This document shows positions 35,061 to 47,960 of a DNA stretch of 64,000 nt, in pieces. Position 1 is the stretch's first letter, and each line of letters opens with the position of its first letter. Location: the NCBI RefSeq assembly GCF_032444005.1, contig NC_091285.1, positions 638,538,001-638,602,000 on the forward strand. Direction: 5' to 3'. The stretch comes from Ranitomeya imitator. Its lineage: Eukaryota. The notes under the pieces are model-generated. The model made no database searches, was not told the origin of the DNA, and saw nothing but the letters and a program-made list of their open reading frames with translations. Both the position numbers and the translations under genes were made by a program.

Positions 35061-35565
35061 GGCTTCTTTCACACTTCAGTTGTTTGGCGTTAGTCTGCTC
35101 CGACAGTGACGGATCGACGGATCCGTCAAAATTGTTGAGAAAACGGTTCTAACGGATCCATTTTTTTTTACGCATCCGTGTATCTGGGAAAAGTATCTTT
35201 TTTGAAGCATGCTCAATTGAAAAAGCGGATTGGGGCGACGGATTCGCCAATTGACGGTCGCAACGGATCCGTCGCCCATAGGCGGCCATTCTAGGAAATG
35301 GCGGACACGACGGATCCGTCACGAACCGCCATTTCGGCGCAGACAAAAAAACGTTGCAATGTCCGTCAATGTGTAGACGACGTCTGCCAAATTTCAACGG
35401 ATCCGTCACATGGCGGATGGAACGGACGACCATCCGCCACATTCCGTCGCTAATGCAAGTCTATTGGAAAATAGCGGATCCGCCCCCCAAAAAATGGCGG
35501 ATCCGCTATTTGATGAAAACGGCGGATTCAAACTGACGCCAAAAGACTGAAGTGTGAAAGAGGCC
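35061..35565. mobile_element. Harbinger/PIF-type MITE
   Basis: TAA-GGCTTCTTTCACACTTCAGT ... ACTGAAGTGTGAAAGAGGCC-TAA. Confidence 0.88.
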
Positions 35566-35664
35566 TAAGGGTCACTGATTCAACATAAAGGTTTGTATTT
35601 AAGCTAGTGCTATGCAAGTCAAACCATCACAGAATCAGTGAGTAAATTAGATGGATGGATTAAA

Positions 35665-36561
35665 TCTACTATATAATTGTCTAAGGGTCACTTGCGTCTG
35701 TCTGTCTGTCTCGGATATTCATTGGTCGCGGCCTCTGTCTGTCATGGAAATCCAGTCGCTGATTGGTCTCGCCAGCTGCCTGTCATGGCTGCCGCGACCA
35801 ATGAGCGACGGCCACAGTCTGATTAGTCCCTCCCTAGTCCCCTGCAGTCAGTGCCCGGCGCCCGCTCCATACTCCCCGCAGTCAGCGCCCGCTCCATACT
35901 CCCCTCACACAGGGTTAATGCGAGTGGTAACGGACCACGTTATGCCGCGGGTAACTCACTCCGTTACCGCCGCTATTAACCCTGTGTGACCAAGTTTTTA
36001 CTATTGATGCTGCCTATGCAGCCTCAATAGTAAAAAGATCTAATGTTAAAAATAAAAAAATCATCATATACTCACCTTCCGCCACCTTTCCCGCTCCTCG
36101 CAACGCTCCTGTGCCGGCTCCATGCAAGCGGCAGGTTCCGGTGGCAAGGATGGTATGCGACAAGGACCTTCCATGACGTCACGGTCATGTGACCGCGACG
36201 TCATCACAGGTCATGCGCTCATCCAACCCTGGGACCGGAAGCTGCCGCCTGCACCGCACACAAGCGCCAGGACTACAAGGGCTCCCTCGGAAGGTGAGTA
36301 TATGTTTATTTTTTATTTTAAGTCTTTTTTAACCTGTTACATACGTGTCTGGGCAATATACTACGTGGCTGGGCAATATACTACGTGACACTGTGCTGTA
36401 TACTACGTGGCTGGGCAATATACTACGCGGCTGGGCATTATACTACGCGGCTGGGCAATATACTACGTGGGCTGTGCAACATACTACGTGACTGGGCAAT
36501 ATACTACGTGGACATGCATATTCTAGAATACCCGATGCGTTAGAATCGGGCCACCATCTAG
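35665..36561 (+). mobile_element. Complete non-autonomous Helitron (897 bp)
   Basis: A|TCTACTATATAATTG ... hairpin cccgatgcgttagaatcggg ... CTAG|T: inserted between A and T with no target duplication. Confidence 0.9.
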
Positions 36562-36573
36562 TATATATATAGG

Positions 36574-36743
36574 CAAGCACTCCAATTGTTTCAGGTGTAA
36601 AAAAGTGAAAGACCTTCTTTTATTCTGTCCCACTCATCCTGGGCAACGTTTCGGCTCCTACTGAGGCTTGACAAAGGCTCAGGAGAAGCTGAAACGTTGC
36701 CCAGAATAAAGTTTTTTTTTCACCTGAAACAACTGGAGTGCTA
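36574..36743. mobile_element. Small inverted-repeat element resembling a Penelope pseudo-LTR with inverted tail
   Basis: gcactccaattgtttcaggtg / cacctgaaacaactggagtgc outer arms and gggcaacgtttc / gaaacgttgccc inner arms. Confidence 0.5.
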
Positions 36744-36879
36744 CCTTCATTTTTTTTTTCTTCTGGTTAGTTTGGCAAGTATTGGACTGTTTGCCTGGAG
36801 GCCTGGCACCTTCTGTGAATTACTGTGATATTCATAAATAAATATTTATTTATTTTTTTTCCTCCCCACAATACTATAT

Positions 36880-39450
36880 TATTATTATTTATTATTTATT
36901 TGTATAGCACCATTGATTCCATGGGAATCCAAGGGGTTACACACAAGTTACAGCTATCACTTACAGTAAACAAACTAACAATGACGGACTGATACAGAGG
37001 GGCGAGGACCCTGCCCTTGCGGAGTTACATTCTACAGGATTATGGGGAAGGAGACAGTAGGTTGAGGGTTGCAGGAGCTCCGGTGTTGGTGAGGCGGTAG
37101 CTTCGATAGTGATGAGGAGGCAGCGGTGTCAGTGCAGGCTGTAGGCTTTCCTGAAGAGATGGGTTTTCCAGTTCCGTCTGAAGGATCCGAATGTGGTTGA
37201 TAGTCGAACGTGTTGGGGCAAAGAATTCCAGAGGATGGGGGATATTCGGGAGAAGTCTTGGAGGCGATTGGATGAGGAGCGAATAAGTGTGGAGGAGAGA
37301 AGGAGGTCTTGGGAGGACCGGAGATTACGTGAGGGAAGATATTGGGAGAATAGTTCAGAGATATATGGAGGAGACAGGTTATGGATGGCTTTGTAGGTCA
37401 GTATTAGTAATTTGAACTGGATACGCTGAGGGAATGGGAGCCAGTGAAGAGATTTGCAGAGGGGGGAAGCAGAGGAGTAGTAGCGAGGAAAGAGATGAAT
37501 TAGTCGGGCAGCAGAGTTAAGGATGGACTGGAGAGGTGCAAGGGTGTTAGCAGGGAGGCCGCAGAAAAGGATGTTGCAGTAGTCAAGGCGGGAGATGATG
37601 AGGGCATTCACAAGCATTTTAGTAGATTGACGGTTGAGGAAAGGACGGATTCTGGAGATATTTTTGAGCTGGAGGCGACAGGAGGTGGATAGAGCTTGGA
37701 TGTGAGGTTTGAAGGACAGGGCAGAGTGGAAGGTTACTCCGAGGCAGCGGACTTCCGGTACGGGGGAAAGCATGATGTCATTGATTGCGATAGATAGGTC
37801 AGGTAAGGAAGATCTATGGGATGGAGGAAAGAGGAGTTCAGATTTATCCACATTGAGTTTGAGGAAGCGAGAGGAGAAGAAGGAGGATATGGCTGATAGG
37901 CACTCTGGGATTCTGGACAGCAGAGCGGTGAGGTCTGGGCCAAAGAGGTAGATCTGAGTGTCATCAGTATAGAGGTGGTACTGGAATCCATGGGACTTTA
38001 TGAGTTGTCCCAAGCCAAGTGTATAGATTGAGAAGAGTAAGGGTCCTAGAAAAGAGCCTTGGGGGACTCCAACAGAGAGAGGGCGGGATGAGGAGGTAGT
38101 GTGGGAGACGCTGAATGTACGAGAAGATCCAGGATAGAGCGAGGTCTTTGATGCCAAAGGAGGAGAGTATCTGTAGTAGGAGGCAGTGGTCAACTGTGTC
38201 GAAAGCAGAGGACAGGTCTAGAAGGAGGAGTACAGAGTGTTGTCCATTAGCTTTTGCGGTAAGTAGGTCGTTAGTGATTTTGGTGAGGGCTGTCTCAGTT
38301 GAGTGATGGGGGCGGAAACCAGATTGTAGATTGTCAAAGAGCAAGTTAGATGAGAGGTGGGAGGAACGTTCAGCGTGGACGTGCTGCTCCAGGAGTTTGG
38401 AAGCGAATGGGAGCAGTGATATTGGGCGATAGCTGGACATAGCAGTTGGATCGAGGGTTGGCTTTTTAAGGATAGGCCTGATTGTGGCATGTTTGAAAGC
38501 AGAAGGGAAGGTGCCAGAAGATAGTGACAGGTTGAAGAGGTGGGTTATGGATGGGATAAGTGTGGTGGTGCAGTTGGGGAGGAGGTGGGATGGGATCGAG
38601 CGCACAGGTGGTGAGGTGCGATTTGGAGAGGAGACAATTAAGCCCCCTTCAGTGATGTTGGAGAGGGAGGTTATGGGGTTTGGGCATTGGTCTGGTATAC
38701 AAAGGGGTTGTGGTGGTTGAACAATGAAGACTTGCCTTGTTTGGTCGATCTTATTTTTAAAGTGTGTGGCAAAGTCCTCAGCAGAGATGAGGGAGGTTGG
38801 AGGGGGCAGTGGGGGGCGGAGGAGGGAGTTAAAGGTTTTGAATAACTGTTTGGGGTTGTAGGATAGGGAAGATACGAGGGTTGTGAAGTAGGCCTGTGTA
38901 GCAGAGGTGAGAGCAGATTTAAAAGTGAGTGTTGCCTGTTTGAATGCAGCGAAGTCGTCTTGCAAGTGTGTTTTCTTCCAACGCCGATCCGCAACCCTGG
39001 ACACTTGCCAGAGCTTTTTAGTGGTGTTATTGTGCCAGGGTTGTCTATTGATACGTCGCACTCTGCTATGGACGAGAGGGGCGACCGCGTCAATAGCTGA
39101 TGCAAGAGTGGCATTGTAGAAAGCAGAGGCACTGTGTGTCGTGGAGTGAGGATATGGATGCCAGTGGTAGGATAGAGTCAGAGAGTGTTGGTGTCTAGGT
39201 GTGCAAGGTTTCCACGGGGGTGCGCATTTTGCTGGACATGGATGACCGGTGAGGAGGACAGGGATGAGAAGGTGAGCAGATGGTGGTCGGATAGAGGGAG
39301 AGTGGAGGTGGTGAAATTAGATAGAGAGCAGAGACGGGTGAATACGAGGTCTAATGTGTGTCCGTCTGTGTGGGTGGCTGCGGAGGACCACTGAGTAAGT
39401 CCAAAGGATGAGGTAAGGGACAGAAGTTTGGAGGCTGTTGACTGAAGACC
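36880..39450 (-). mobile_element. 5'-truncated, frameshifted L2-clade LINE (endonuclease + RT remnants)
   Basis: [48 protein letters not shown] motifs in two frames; (AAT)-rich 3' tail near 36880-36900. Confidence 0.93.
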
Positions 39451-40144
39451 AAATCATAAATGAATATATGCATATTATCCATTGCATCATGCTAATGCGC
39501 AGACACCGCCGTCTACGTGATGAATGTTGATTTTTTTTCCCCCCACACAATTCTATGCAGTAGGTAAGATAAGGGGCAGGTCAGTAAGGGGTCAGTGACC
39601 CACCATAAGTGCATACAGACGAATACCTAAGCAGAACACCACATAAAGCCCCCTCCCCACAGGCCGCCCCGAAGAACGAGAATCTCTAACTGAAAACTAC
39701 AAATACAGATTACACAACAACCACAAGACAGATTTCATCACCAGGTATCACTGTAATCAGTATAACTGCACCAACCTGACACTGTCTGTAGGTTACTGAG
39801 CACAATTCTGCCGATAGGTTCCCTTTAAGCTACAGGGATTGTTGTTTTTCACTGCTCCATGCGGTTGTATGTCAGTAGAGCTTCTGCAGCTGATCGCGCA
39901 GATACACAGGCAACACCGGCCTGATCAACATCACGTATATAGCCACCCCAAAGCGTGCATTTATCAATACTCATGACTGATATATACTATTCAGTATCCA
40001 CTGTACAGGTGATACATTGCTGACCACTAGGAGGGGTGCTGTAACTTAGAGGATAGGACATCAATGAAGAGTCCAGGTTGCCCCCATTAACACCAATCAT
40101 CAAAAACATTAAAAAGACCAATACAGGGAATGGTTGTCACTCAC

Positions 40145-40402
40145 CGGAGCAGAGTACTGAGGAAACTGTGGCCTCTGCTGAGGAATGTTGTGACCACCCT
40201 GCTGAGGGTATCCCCAATGAGAAGGTGCCTGAGGGGCCCCCTGCTGCTGCTGCATGGCTGACTTGTAGGGATCAACAGGATAATGTGGCTGTGAAGGAGG
40301 CGGGTAGTAAGGGTTCGCTGGGTGGACGCTGGGGTAAGGGGGATTCATTGTAGACTGGTTATAGGGTGGTCCATATGAACCATTGGTATAGTGCTCCATG
40401 CC
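40145..40402 (-). CDS. BAG4: BAG4 coding exon 3
   Basis: Acceptor tttcttacag|GGC; GMEHYTNGSYGPPY.. resembles BAG4 SLNSYTNGAYGPTY; phase-0 donor CCG|GTGAGT; 258 nt. Confidence 0.9.
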
Positions 40403-40955
40403 CTGTAAGAAACATCACACATTAGTTGTGTGCACTCTGACCTGTGAAAAAAAACACAAAAAGGAGGAAGGACTTGTAGGAAAAACTGAGTGAAATATAT
40501 ATTTCTTTTCTTTCAGGTAACATCGGGGGCTTCTCTACAGCATTACAGGATGCTGTAGATAAGCCCCTGATGACGGTGAGCTTACCTCATCATCGATTTT
40601 GGGGGTGACAGGTTCCCTTTAAAGGGTTATCCTCAGTTTGGAGGCTATCCCCTATCCTTGGATATCTTCCCTATTACTGAGGGGGTCAGACCGCTGTGAC
40701 GCAAATCGATCCAAGAAGATGATCTATAGTAAATGGAGTGGTGGTGGATGATATGCACCTCTATGAGAGCGTCGAAGACCAGGACTCCTATTTAAGAATC
40801 AATAAAGCAGAGGTGGACATGATTGACAACTGCTCCATCCATCTTCAGAGTCCCAGATTTTTGGGGGTCCAGGTGGCTGGACCCCAGTAATGAGGGAAGG
40901 AGGGGGTTAACAGATGGATAGGGAATAGCGTCCAATTTAATTTTTTCGTGTATTA

Positions 40956-41492
40956 AGCTAGGTTCACATTGCGTTAATGGGTTAACGCTAACGGACTGCG
41001 TTGCACGGCGAAAATGTCACAATTAACGCCGTGCAACGGGTCCGTTAGCGCAGGGGTCCCCAACTCCAGTCCTCAAGGCCCACCAACAGGTCATGTTTTC
41101 AGGATTTCCTTTGCATTGCACAGGTGATGCAATTATTACCTGGGCAAGACTAAGGAAATCCTGAAAACATGACATGTTGGTGGGCCTTGAGGACTGGAGT
41201 TGGGGACCCCTGCGTTAGCGCACCCATTGACAGCAATGTGATTTGTGCCTGTAGCGCATCGCTGGCGCATGCCATTTTCGGCACGCGGTAGCGATGTGCC
41301 GTTCTTTTGTGACAGACCTTGGACGCTGCTTGCAGCGTCTGAGGTGCGTCCGAGGTCCGTCCCTCGCTAGCGCAGATTGGGGATCTGCGCTAGCTAGGAC
41401 GGCAAACGCGGACCCAAAATAAACATTGCGTTAGCGCAATCTGCTAGCGCTAGGCGCTTAACGGATTGCCCTAACGCAATGTGAACCTAGCC
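40956..41492. mobile_element. Harbinger/PIF-type MITE with nested hAT MITE
   Basis: TTA-AGCTAGGTTCACATTGCGTT ... AACGCAATGTGAACCTAGCC-TTA. Confidence 0.88.
41051..41212. mobile_element. hAT-type MITE (162 bp)
   Basis: CAGGGGTCCCCAACTCCAGTCCTCAAGG TIRs with perfect 8-bp target duplication CGTTAGCG (41043-41050, 41213-41220). Confidence 0.93.
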
Positions 41493-41548
41493 TTATGGAA
41501 AATCACCGTAAAAAGGTATAATGATAAGGAATTTTTCAATTGACATAC

Positions 41549-41641
41549 CTGACCGCCAACTGTATACGTGGAGGGATAGGGAGGCTGGGGTTGACCAGCG
41601 CAGGACCAGCCGCTCGGATCGTATCCAGGATATGGAGAATT
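41549..41641 (-). CDS. BAG4: BAG4 coding exon 2
   Basis: Acceptor tgtcctag|AAT; NSPYPGYDPSGWSCAGQPQPPYPSTYTVGGQ shares PYPSTY and terminal GQ with BAG4; donor CAG|GTATGT; 93 nt, phase 0/0. Not in the ORF track. Confidence 0.87.
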
Positions 41642-42411
41642 CTAGGACAGATCAGAATACATTTTTAGAGCAATATCCAGGTTGTAGTAAAGCAAAATGC
41701 ACCAATCCAGACACCATTAATAAAAGGGCCACACAGAGATGCAACAGTAAGCATTTAGCCCTATCCTCAATACTGCGGACTCCAGTACAAGGCTCCTCAA
41801 CCTGGTAAAAATGGCTAAAGACAATAATTCTCAAGGTCACAACGCAGAGGTGCCAGAAATGATTGACAGCGACACATAAGTGATTAAAAATGTGCGATAG
41901 GAGCTAGCTCTGATCGCTGCTGTCAGAGGCAGGTGTCGGCTTCATAAACACAGCCTGCATCTGTCCCGTATGTGGAAGGCTCAGCGACTGAGCCCGCTAC
42001 TTACACCCGCACCCTTATGTGATGCACTTCATCCCTGTGCCTTTTTCAAAGCCCAAACATGGATGGTGCATTCTAGTCAAAGATCATGATGGAAGACAGT
42101 GGTACAGAAGACATGAAATCAGGCCACAGCGAGCAAGTGCTGCCGAGAAAAGTCTGCAATAGGTGGCAGACATTGTAGTGAGAAATTCATTACACTAACA
42201 GCTAAAAAAAACTAATTAAAGGGGTTTTCCCCACATTATTTTAACAGATGAGTGACACTTACTAATATATAAGTATTACAGGTTCTCCTCCAAATAAAGA
42301 CACATAAGAAAGTGGATATTGATTTGGACGAGGCTAATTGAGGAGGTGATGGCCAGACCAGTCCATCAGTGGCCATTTTTTTTTTAGAAGACCTGTGAAG
42401 CCTGTGCCATA

Positions 42412-42597
42412 GGCCACGGTCAGTATTTGGTCAGTATTTTACCTCAGTATTTGTAAGCCAAAACCAGAAGTGGAACAATCAGAGGAAAAGTATAACAAAC
42501 ACGTCACCACTTCTGTATTTATCACCCACTCCTGGTTTTTTTTCTTACAGATACTGAGGTAAAATATTGACCAAATACTGAATATGTGAACGTGGCC
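42412..42597. mobile_element. Harbinger-type MITE
   Basis: GGCCACGGTCA..GTATTTGGTCAGTATTTTACCTCAGTAT / ATACTGAGGTAAAATATTGACCAAATACTG..TGAACGTGGCC. Confidence 0.7.
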
Positions 42598-44261
42598 TAA
42601 GTAGAAGAATCAGTAATACTTATATATTATTACGTGCCACGAAAAATCCCAAATATATTTGATAAAATAAAGGTAAAGTGGACAACCCCTTTAAGAAACA
42701 TTTCCAGCCATTGTTTAAAATAGCATGCTTACTCAGACTAACTGAATGTGACTAAAGATATGGACTTTTCCCTGGAAAAAGAGACTTTGGCCTCCATTCT
42801 CAAGGTAAATTGGAAAGTACTAGCCTGGAGCGCTTTTTTTTTTATGATCCTCTCTAATGCTATATTCACACAGAGTGAAGTTTTGATTATTATTTTTTTT
42901 TTTTAAGCTTCAGTAAACACTCAAGCAGGATAAGTCCAACAAGTTTTGTATTTTGAAGAGTTTTTCAGCCTTTTGATTGGCCAGGATCCAGTTTTGGGAG
43001 GATCCTATCAGCAGCGGCTCTAAAAACGTGATATGTATCCCTCCCCCCCCCAAGGCTTTGTTTTCTCTTTTAAAGAAAAATCCACATACAAAAATCAAAG
43101 TGGATTTACCATAGAAATTAATAAGCAGCGTTTCCAAGTGTATTTCGGGGGAATGATTATTATGCGGCGGATCTGTCAAAACCAAAACAAATCCCCAAAA
43201 CGGTGTTTGAGCCTTATAGTGAGAGCCACTTGTAGCGTTCATGAGTAACGCCAGGTGCCATTTTACTTATCGGGCCGCTGGGATCATCATCCTTGTGGAT
43301 AGGTGATAAAGGTACAGCAAAGTGAAGTTATCTTAAAGGGTTGTGTCGGGAGGACCAAACACTGGGGCGATCAGGTCCCACTCGCAGCACCCCATGAAAA
43401 TAACTGGGGGAAAGCAGCTGCCAGTGTGGCAGGTAAAGGGTAAATGTAAGACAACATGGTGGCCAATTACTACTACAAGTAAAGCTTCACAAAACCTGGC
43501 TTATGGGGTGGAGGACCCTGTCAGGAATAAAGGCAGGGTCTGTCCTAACGACCCTTTAAATAAAAGGGATCTGCTACAGCATATGGGGCTGGCTGAATCA
43601 GGGAAGGAAAGATGACCACGAGAATCCTCAGGTGCAATGTCTGTCAGGGAACGCAAGAGGTAAACTGAAGAAGTTCGAGATTTCTAATGCCACCCGCCGC
43701 ACCCAAACCAGACACTGGGGGGATAAAGTATGCACCCATAACGGCTGCCTCAGACGCCTCAATAATGAGCACAATAGAAAGGAGCCGAAAACCATCCTGA
43801 AAACAAAGCACAAGACTCTGCCGACCCTCACAGTGTGGAGCGACCACTAAAGGTGGAAGACTAGAAGTCAGCAACGGCCAGAACACCGACACCAGGTATG
43901 AAGCACGGCATCCTTACCTCAGACCTGCAGACCAAGTGGCCGCCGACTTCTCCTCACAGGTAACTGAGTCATGCGAAGACAATCGCAGCACGTGACGACG
44001 AGCCCAGACAATTACACAAGGAGTGCTGAGCCTCGTCACCGCCATTACAAGGATCACGCCCGAGACGTCTTCCAGCGTAAATAAAGGATGACTGTGATCT
44101 TATATAATGATGGATGAGCAACTGCAGAGGCACGTCAAAGTCTGCGCACCCCGGGTCAAAGATACTGTCATTGTGAACAGTTAAGGAAATTGCAAAAATG
44201 AAATGATCTCTAAAAGGCTTAAAATTAAAGATTACGTATTTAATCTGTATTTTTGGCAACA

Positions 44262-44324
<63 letters not shown>

Positions 44325-44328
<4 letters not shown>

Positions 44329-45350
44329 TGGTGGCCCGATTCTAACGCATCGGGTATTCTAGAATATGCATGTCCACGCAGTATATTGCCCAGCCACGCA
44401 GTATATTGCCCAGCCACGCAGTATATTGCCCAGCCACGCAGTATATAGCAGAGCCGCGTAGTATATTGCCCAGCGATGGAGTATATTGTCCAGCCACATA
44501 GTATATTGCAGATCCACGTAGTATATTGCCCAGCCACGCAGTATATTGCCCAGCCACGCAGTATATAGCAGAGCCGCGTAGTATATTGCCCAGCGATGGA
44601 GTATATTGTCCAGCCACATAGTATATTGCAGATCCACGTAGTATATTGCCCAGGCACGTAGTATATTGCACAGCGATGGAGTATACAGTACAGAGCTACG
44701 TAGTATAGAGACACACACAAAAAAAAAAATAAACATATACTCACCTTCCGAAGGTCCGTTGAAGTCCTGCTATACTCACCCTCCGCCGCCTTTCCCGCTC
44801 CTCTGGACGCTCCCGGGACCGCTCCATTGCAAGCGCAGCTTCCGGTCCCAGGGCTGGTGTGTGCAGAACCTATGATGACGTCGCGGTCACATGACCGTAC
44901 CGTCACAGCAGGTCCTTCTCGCACACCAGCCCTGGGACCAGAAGCTTGCAATGGAGCGGTCCCGGGAGCGTCCAGAGGAGCGAGAAAGGCGGCGGAGGGT
45001 GAGTATAGCAGGTTTTTGTTTTTTTTTTAAATTATTTTTAACATGACATTTTTACTATTGATGCTGCATAGGCAGCATCAATAGTAAATAGTTGGGGACA
45101 CACAGGGCTAATAGCAGCGGTAACGGAGTGCGTTACACCGCGGGCCGTTACCGCTGCCATTAACCCTGTGTGAGCGGGGAGTGGAGGGGATCATGGAGCG
45201 GGCGCCGGGCAGTGACTGCTGGGGAGGGACTAATCGGACTGTGGCCGTCGCTGATTGGTCGTGGCAGCCATGACAGGCAGCTGCCGAGACCAATCAGCGA
45301 ACGAATAACCGTGACAGAAGGACAGACAGACAGACGGAAGGGACCCTTAG
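44325..45350 (-). mobile_element. Non-autonomous Helitron, both ends eroded into (AT)n tracts
   Basis: Reverse complement of the 3' hairpin at 44328-44370, internal 20-bp minisatellite, and reverse complement of TTGTCTAAGGGTC at 45340-45353. Confidence 0.85.
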
Positions 45351-45378
45351 ACAAATATATATATATATATATATTTTA

Positions 45379-45908
45379 TAGATCAAAAGTTTGGACACCT
45401 TCTCATTTAAAGATTTTTCTGTATTTTCACGACTATGAAACCATAGTAATGATGGCCACTCGTTTTTCTTTACTTAGCTGCTTTTTTCTTGCCATAATAC
45501 AAATTCTAACAGTCTATTCAGTAGGACTATCAGCTGTGTATCCACCAGACTTCTGCTCAACACAACTGATGGTCCCAACACCTATTATAAGGCAAGAAAT
45601 CCCACTTATTAAACCTGACGGGGCACACCTGTGAAGTGAAAACCATTCCCGGTGACTACCTCTTGAAGCTAATCAAGAGAATGCCAAGAGTGTGCAAAGC
45701 AGTCATCAAAGCAAAAGGTGGCTACTTTGAAGAACCTAAAATATAAGACATATTTTCAGTTGTTTCACACTTTTTTGTTAAGTATATAATTCCACATGTG
45801 TTAATTCATAGTTTTGATGCCTTCAGTGTGAATGTACAATTTTCATAGTCATGAAAATACAGAAAAATCTTTAAATGAGAAGGTGTGTCCAAACTTTGGT
45901 CTGTACTA
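45379..45908 (-). mobile_element. Internally deleted copy of the Tc1 family at 27432
   Basis: Both termini present; - strand reads left TIR, leader, ATGGCAAG.., then jumps to the last ~65 bp of the right TIR. Confidence 0.85.
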
Positions 45909-45920
45909 TATATATATACC

Positions 45921-46312
45921 GCCGCTATTAACCCTGTGTGACCAAGTTTTTACTATTGATGCTGCCTATGCAGCGTCAATAGTAAAAACATCTAATGTTA
46001 AAAAAAAAATAAAAAATCATTATATACTCACCTTCCACCACCTTCCCCGCTCCTTGCTACGCTCCGCTGACCGCTCCATGCAAGCGGCAGGTTCCGGTGG
46101 TATGGGAGAAGGACCTGCCATGATGTCACGGTCATGTGATCGAACTACAAGTGGCCCTCAGAAGGTGAGTATGTTTATTTATTTTTTTTTAACCTGTGAC
46201 ATATGTGGATGGGCAATATACTACGTAGCTGGGCAATATACTAAGTGGCTCTGTGCTGTATACTACGTGACTGGGCAATATACTACGTGGACATGCATAT
46301 TCTAGAATACCC
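45921..46312 (+). mobile_element. Helitron 3' part running into an assembly gap
   Basis: Same internal and subterminal sequence as 35665-36561. Confidence 0.8.
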
Positions 46313-46486
46313 NNNNNNNNNNNNNNNNNNNNNNNNNNNNNNNNNNNNNNNNNNNNNNNNNNNNNNNNNNNNNNNNNNNNNNNNNNNNNNNNNNNNNNNN
46401 NNNNNNNNNNNNNNNNNNNNNNNNNNNNNNNNNNNNNNNNNNNNNNNNNNNNNNNNNNNNNNNNNNNNNNNNNNNNNNNNNNNNNN
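46313..46486. other. Assembly gap (N run)
   Basis: Run of N. Confidence 1.
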
Positions 46487-46699
46487 TCCTGCATAGGATA
46501 AATTGATTGATTTTTCAAGTTTTAAACGTTTTCTGTCGCATATTTTCGATGCTAATATGACATATTATATATCGTTTTGTTCAGAATACAATTTTGCATT
46601 CTTTCCCTGTAATATTTTTAGCTTTTGAAGCAGTTTTGCCTGAAATTATTGCAACAATATGGGAATTGAAAGCAGAACTAAACATTGTACAGCTTCAGA

Positions 46700-47540
46700 T
46701 CCAAAATTAGCCAATCACAGATGAGGTTCTTGTGACCAATCATAACCGGGATATGGCAGCCAATCACATTGCATCACGTCTGCTGCTTGGTTTGTTTGTT
46801 TTATCTGTTGGTCTATCTAGTGAATCATACTGTAGAGTTTTATGATGGGAGCCTTCAGATTTTTGCCAGCGGAGGATCGTGTGCGAGTTGTGGTGCTACA
46901 TGAAGAGGGTTATACCGGCCCCCAGATCGCAAGGAAGGGCGGCTGTAATCAGAGTACAGTCGTAAGAATTTTGCAGAAACATAAGCAGCTTGGAATCACC
47001 CAGGACAGGCCCAGATCTGGTCGGCCCAGAAAGTCAACTAAAAGGGAGGATAGAGTACTGATAAGAACATCCCTTGCCAATGGAAAGCTCACCACTCCTC
47101 AGCTTCTGCGAGAATGGCAAGAAAAGTGCAATATTGAGGTAGCAACATCAACTGTTAGGAAGAGATGTTTGGAAGCAGGATTGAGAGGGTGCAAGGCCCG
47201 AAAGAAGCCATTGATGACAGCCATACAAAGACAAAGGCGAAAACTGTGGGCATTGAAATAGTTAAAATGGAGGAAGGAGGAGTGGGAAAAAGTGCTATTT
47301 AGTGATGAAATGATGGCAAGTCTTATGTGAGAAGGTTCCCACATGAAGAGTACAAGCCAGAGTGTTTGAGCTCCTCTGTGAAACATCCTATGAAAGTCAT
47401 GGTCTGGGGCTGTATGGCAGCCAATGGTGTTGGAAGGCTTCATATTGTGGAGGGTATGGTTAATGCAAAAAAATACATAGACATCCTTAATAAGAAAATG
47501 CTGCCTTCTGCTCAACACTCTGAATTAAATAAAAAATAAT
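46700..47540 (+). pseudogene. Tc1-family transposase pseudogene (second family)
   Basis: HTH region ..DRPRSGRPRKST.., ARKKPL, in-frame stop at 47259-47261, then VKHPMKVMVWGCM..GVGRLHIVEG; DDE domain truncated. Confidence 0.85.
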
Positions 47541-47812
47541 AAATCTTAAGAAGTTAAATTTAAGTCTGTGTGAACTTGCATTGGAAGTTAGTGAACTTAG
47601 AAACCTGTTCACCATTCTACACACTGTACTAGTGTAGGTATGGTTATGCTGTAAAAAAAATTATCAAAAATGCACATACCATAACAATTTATACACTTGG
47701 GACATTCAAAAATGAGTATGGCATACAATGAGGGATTACAAAAACATATCTGTTCCACCAGTTTCACTGTAGAGATGCAGAAGTATGAAACATATAGTTT
47801 TCTTCACGCCTA

Positions 47813-47960
47813 NNNNNNNNNNNNNNNNNNNNNNNNNNNNNNNNNNNNNNNNNNNNNNNNNNNNNNNNNNNNNNNNNNNNNNNNNNNNNNNNNNNNNNNN
47901 NNNNNNNNNNNNNNNNNNNNNNNNNNNNNNNNNNNNNNNNNNNNNNNNNNNNNNNNNNNN
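47813..47960. other. Assembly gap (N run)
   Basis: Run of N. Confidence 1.
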
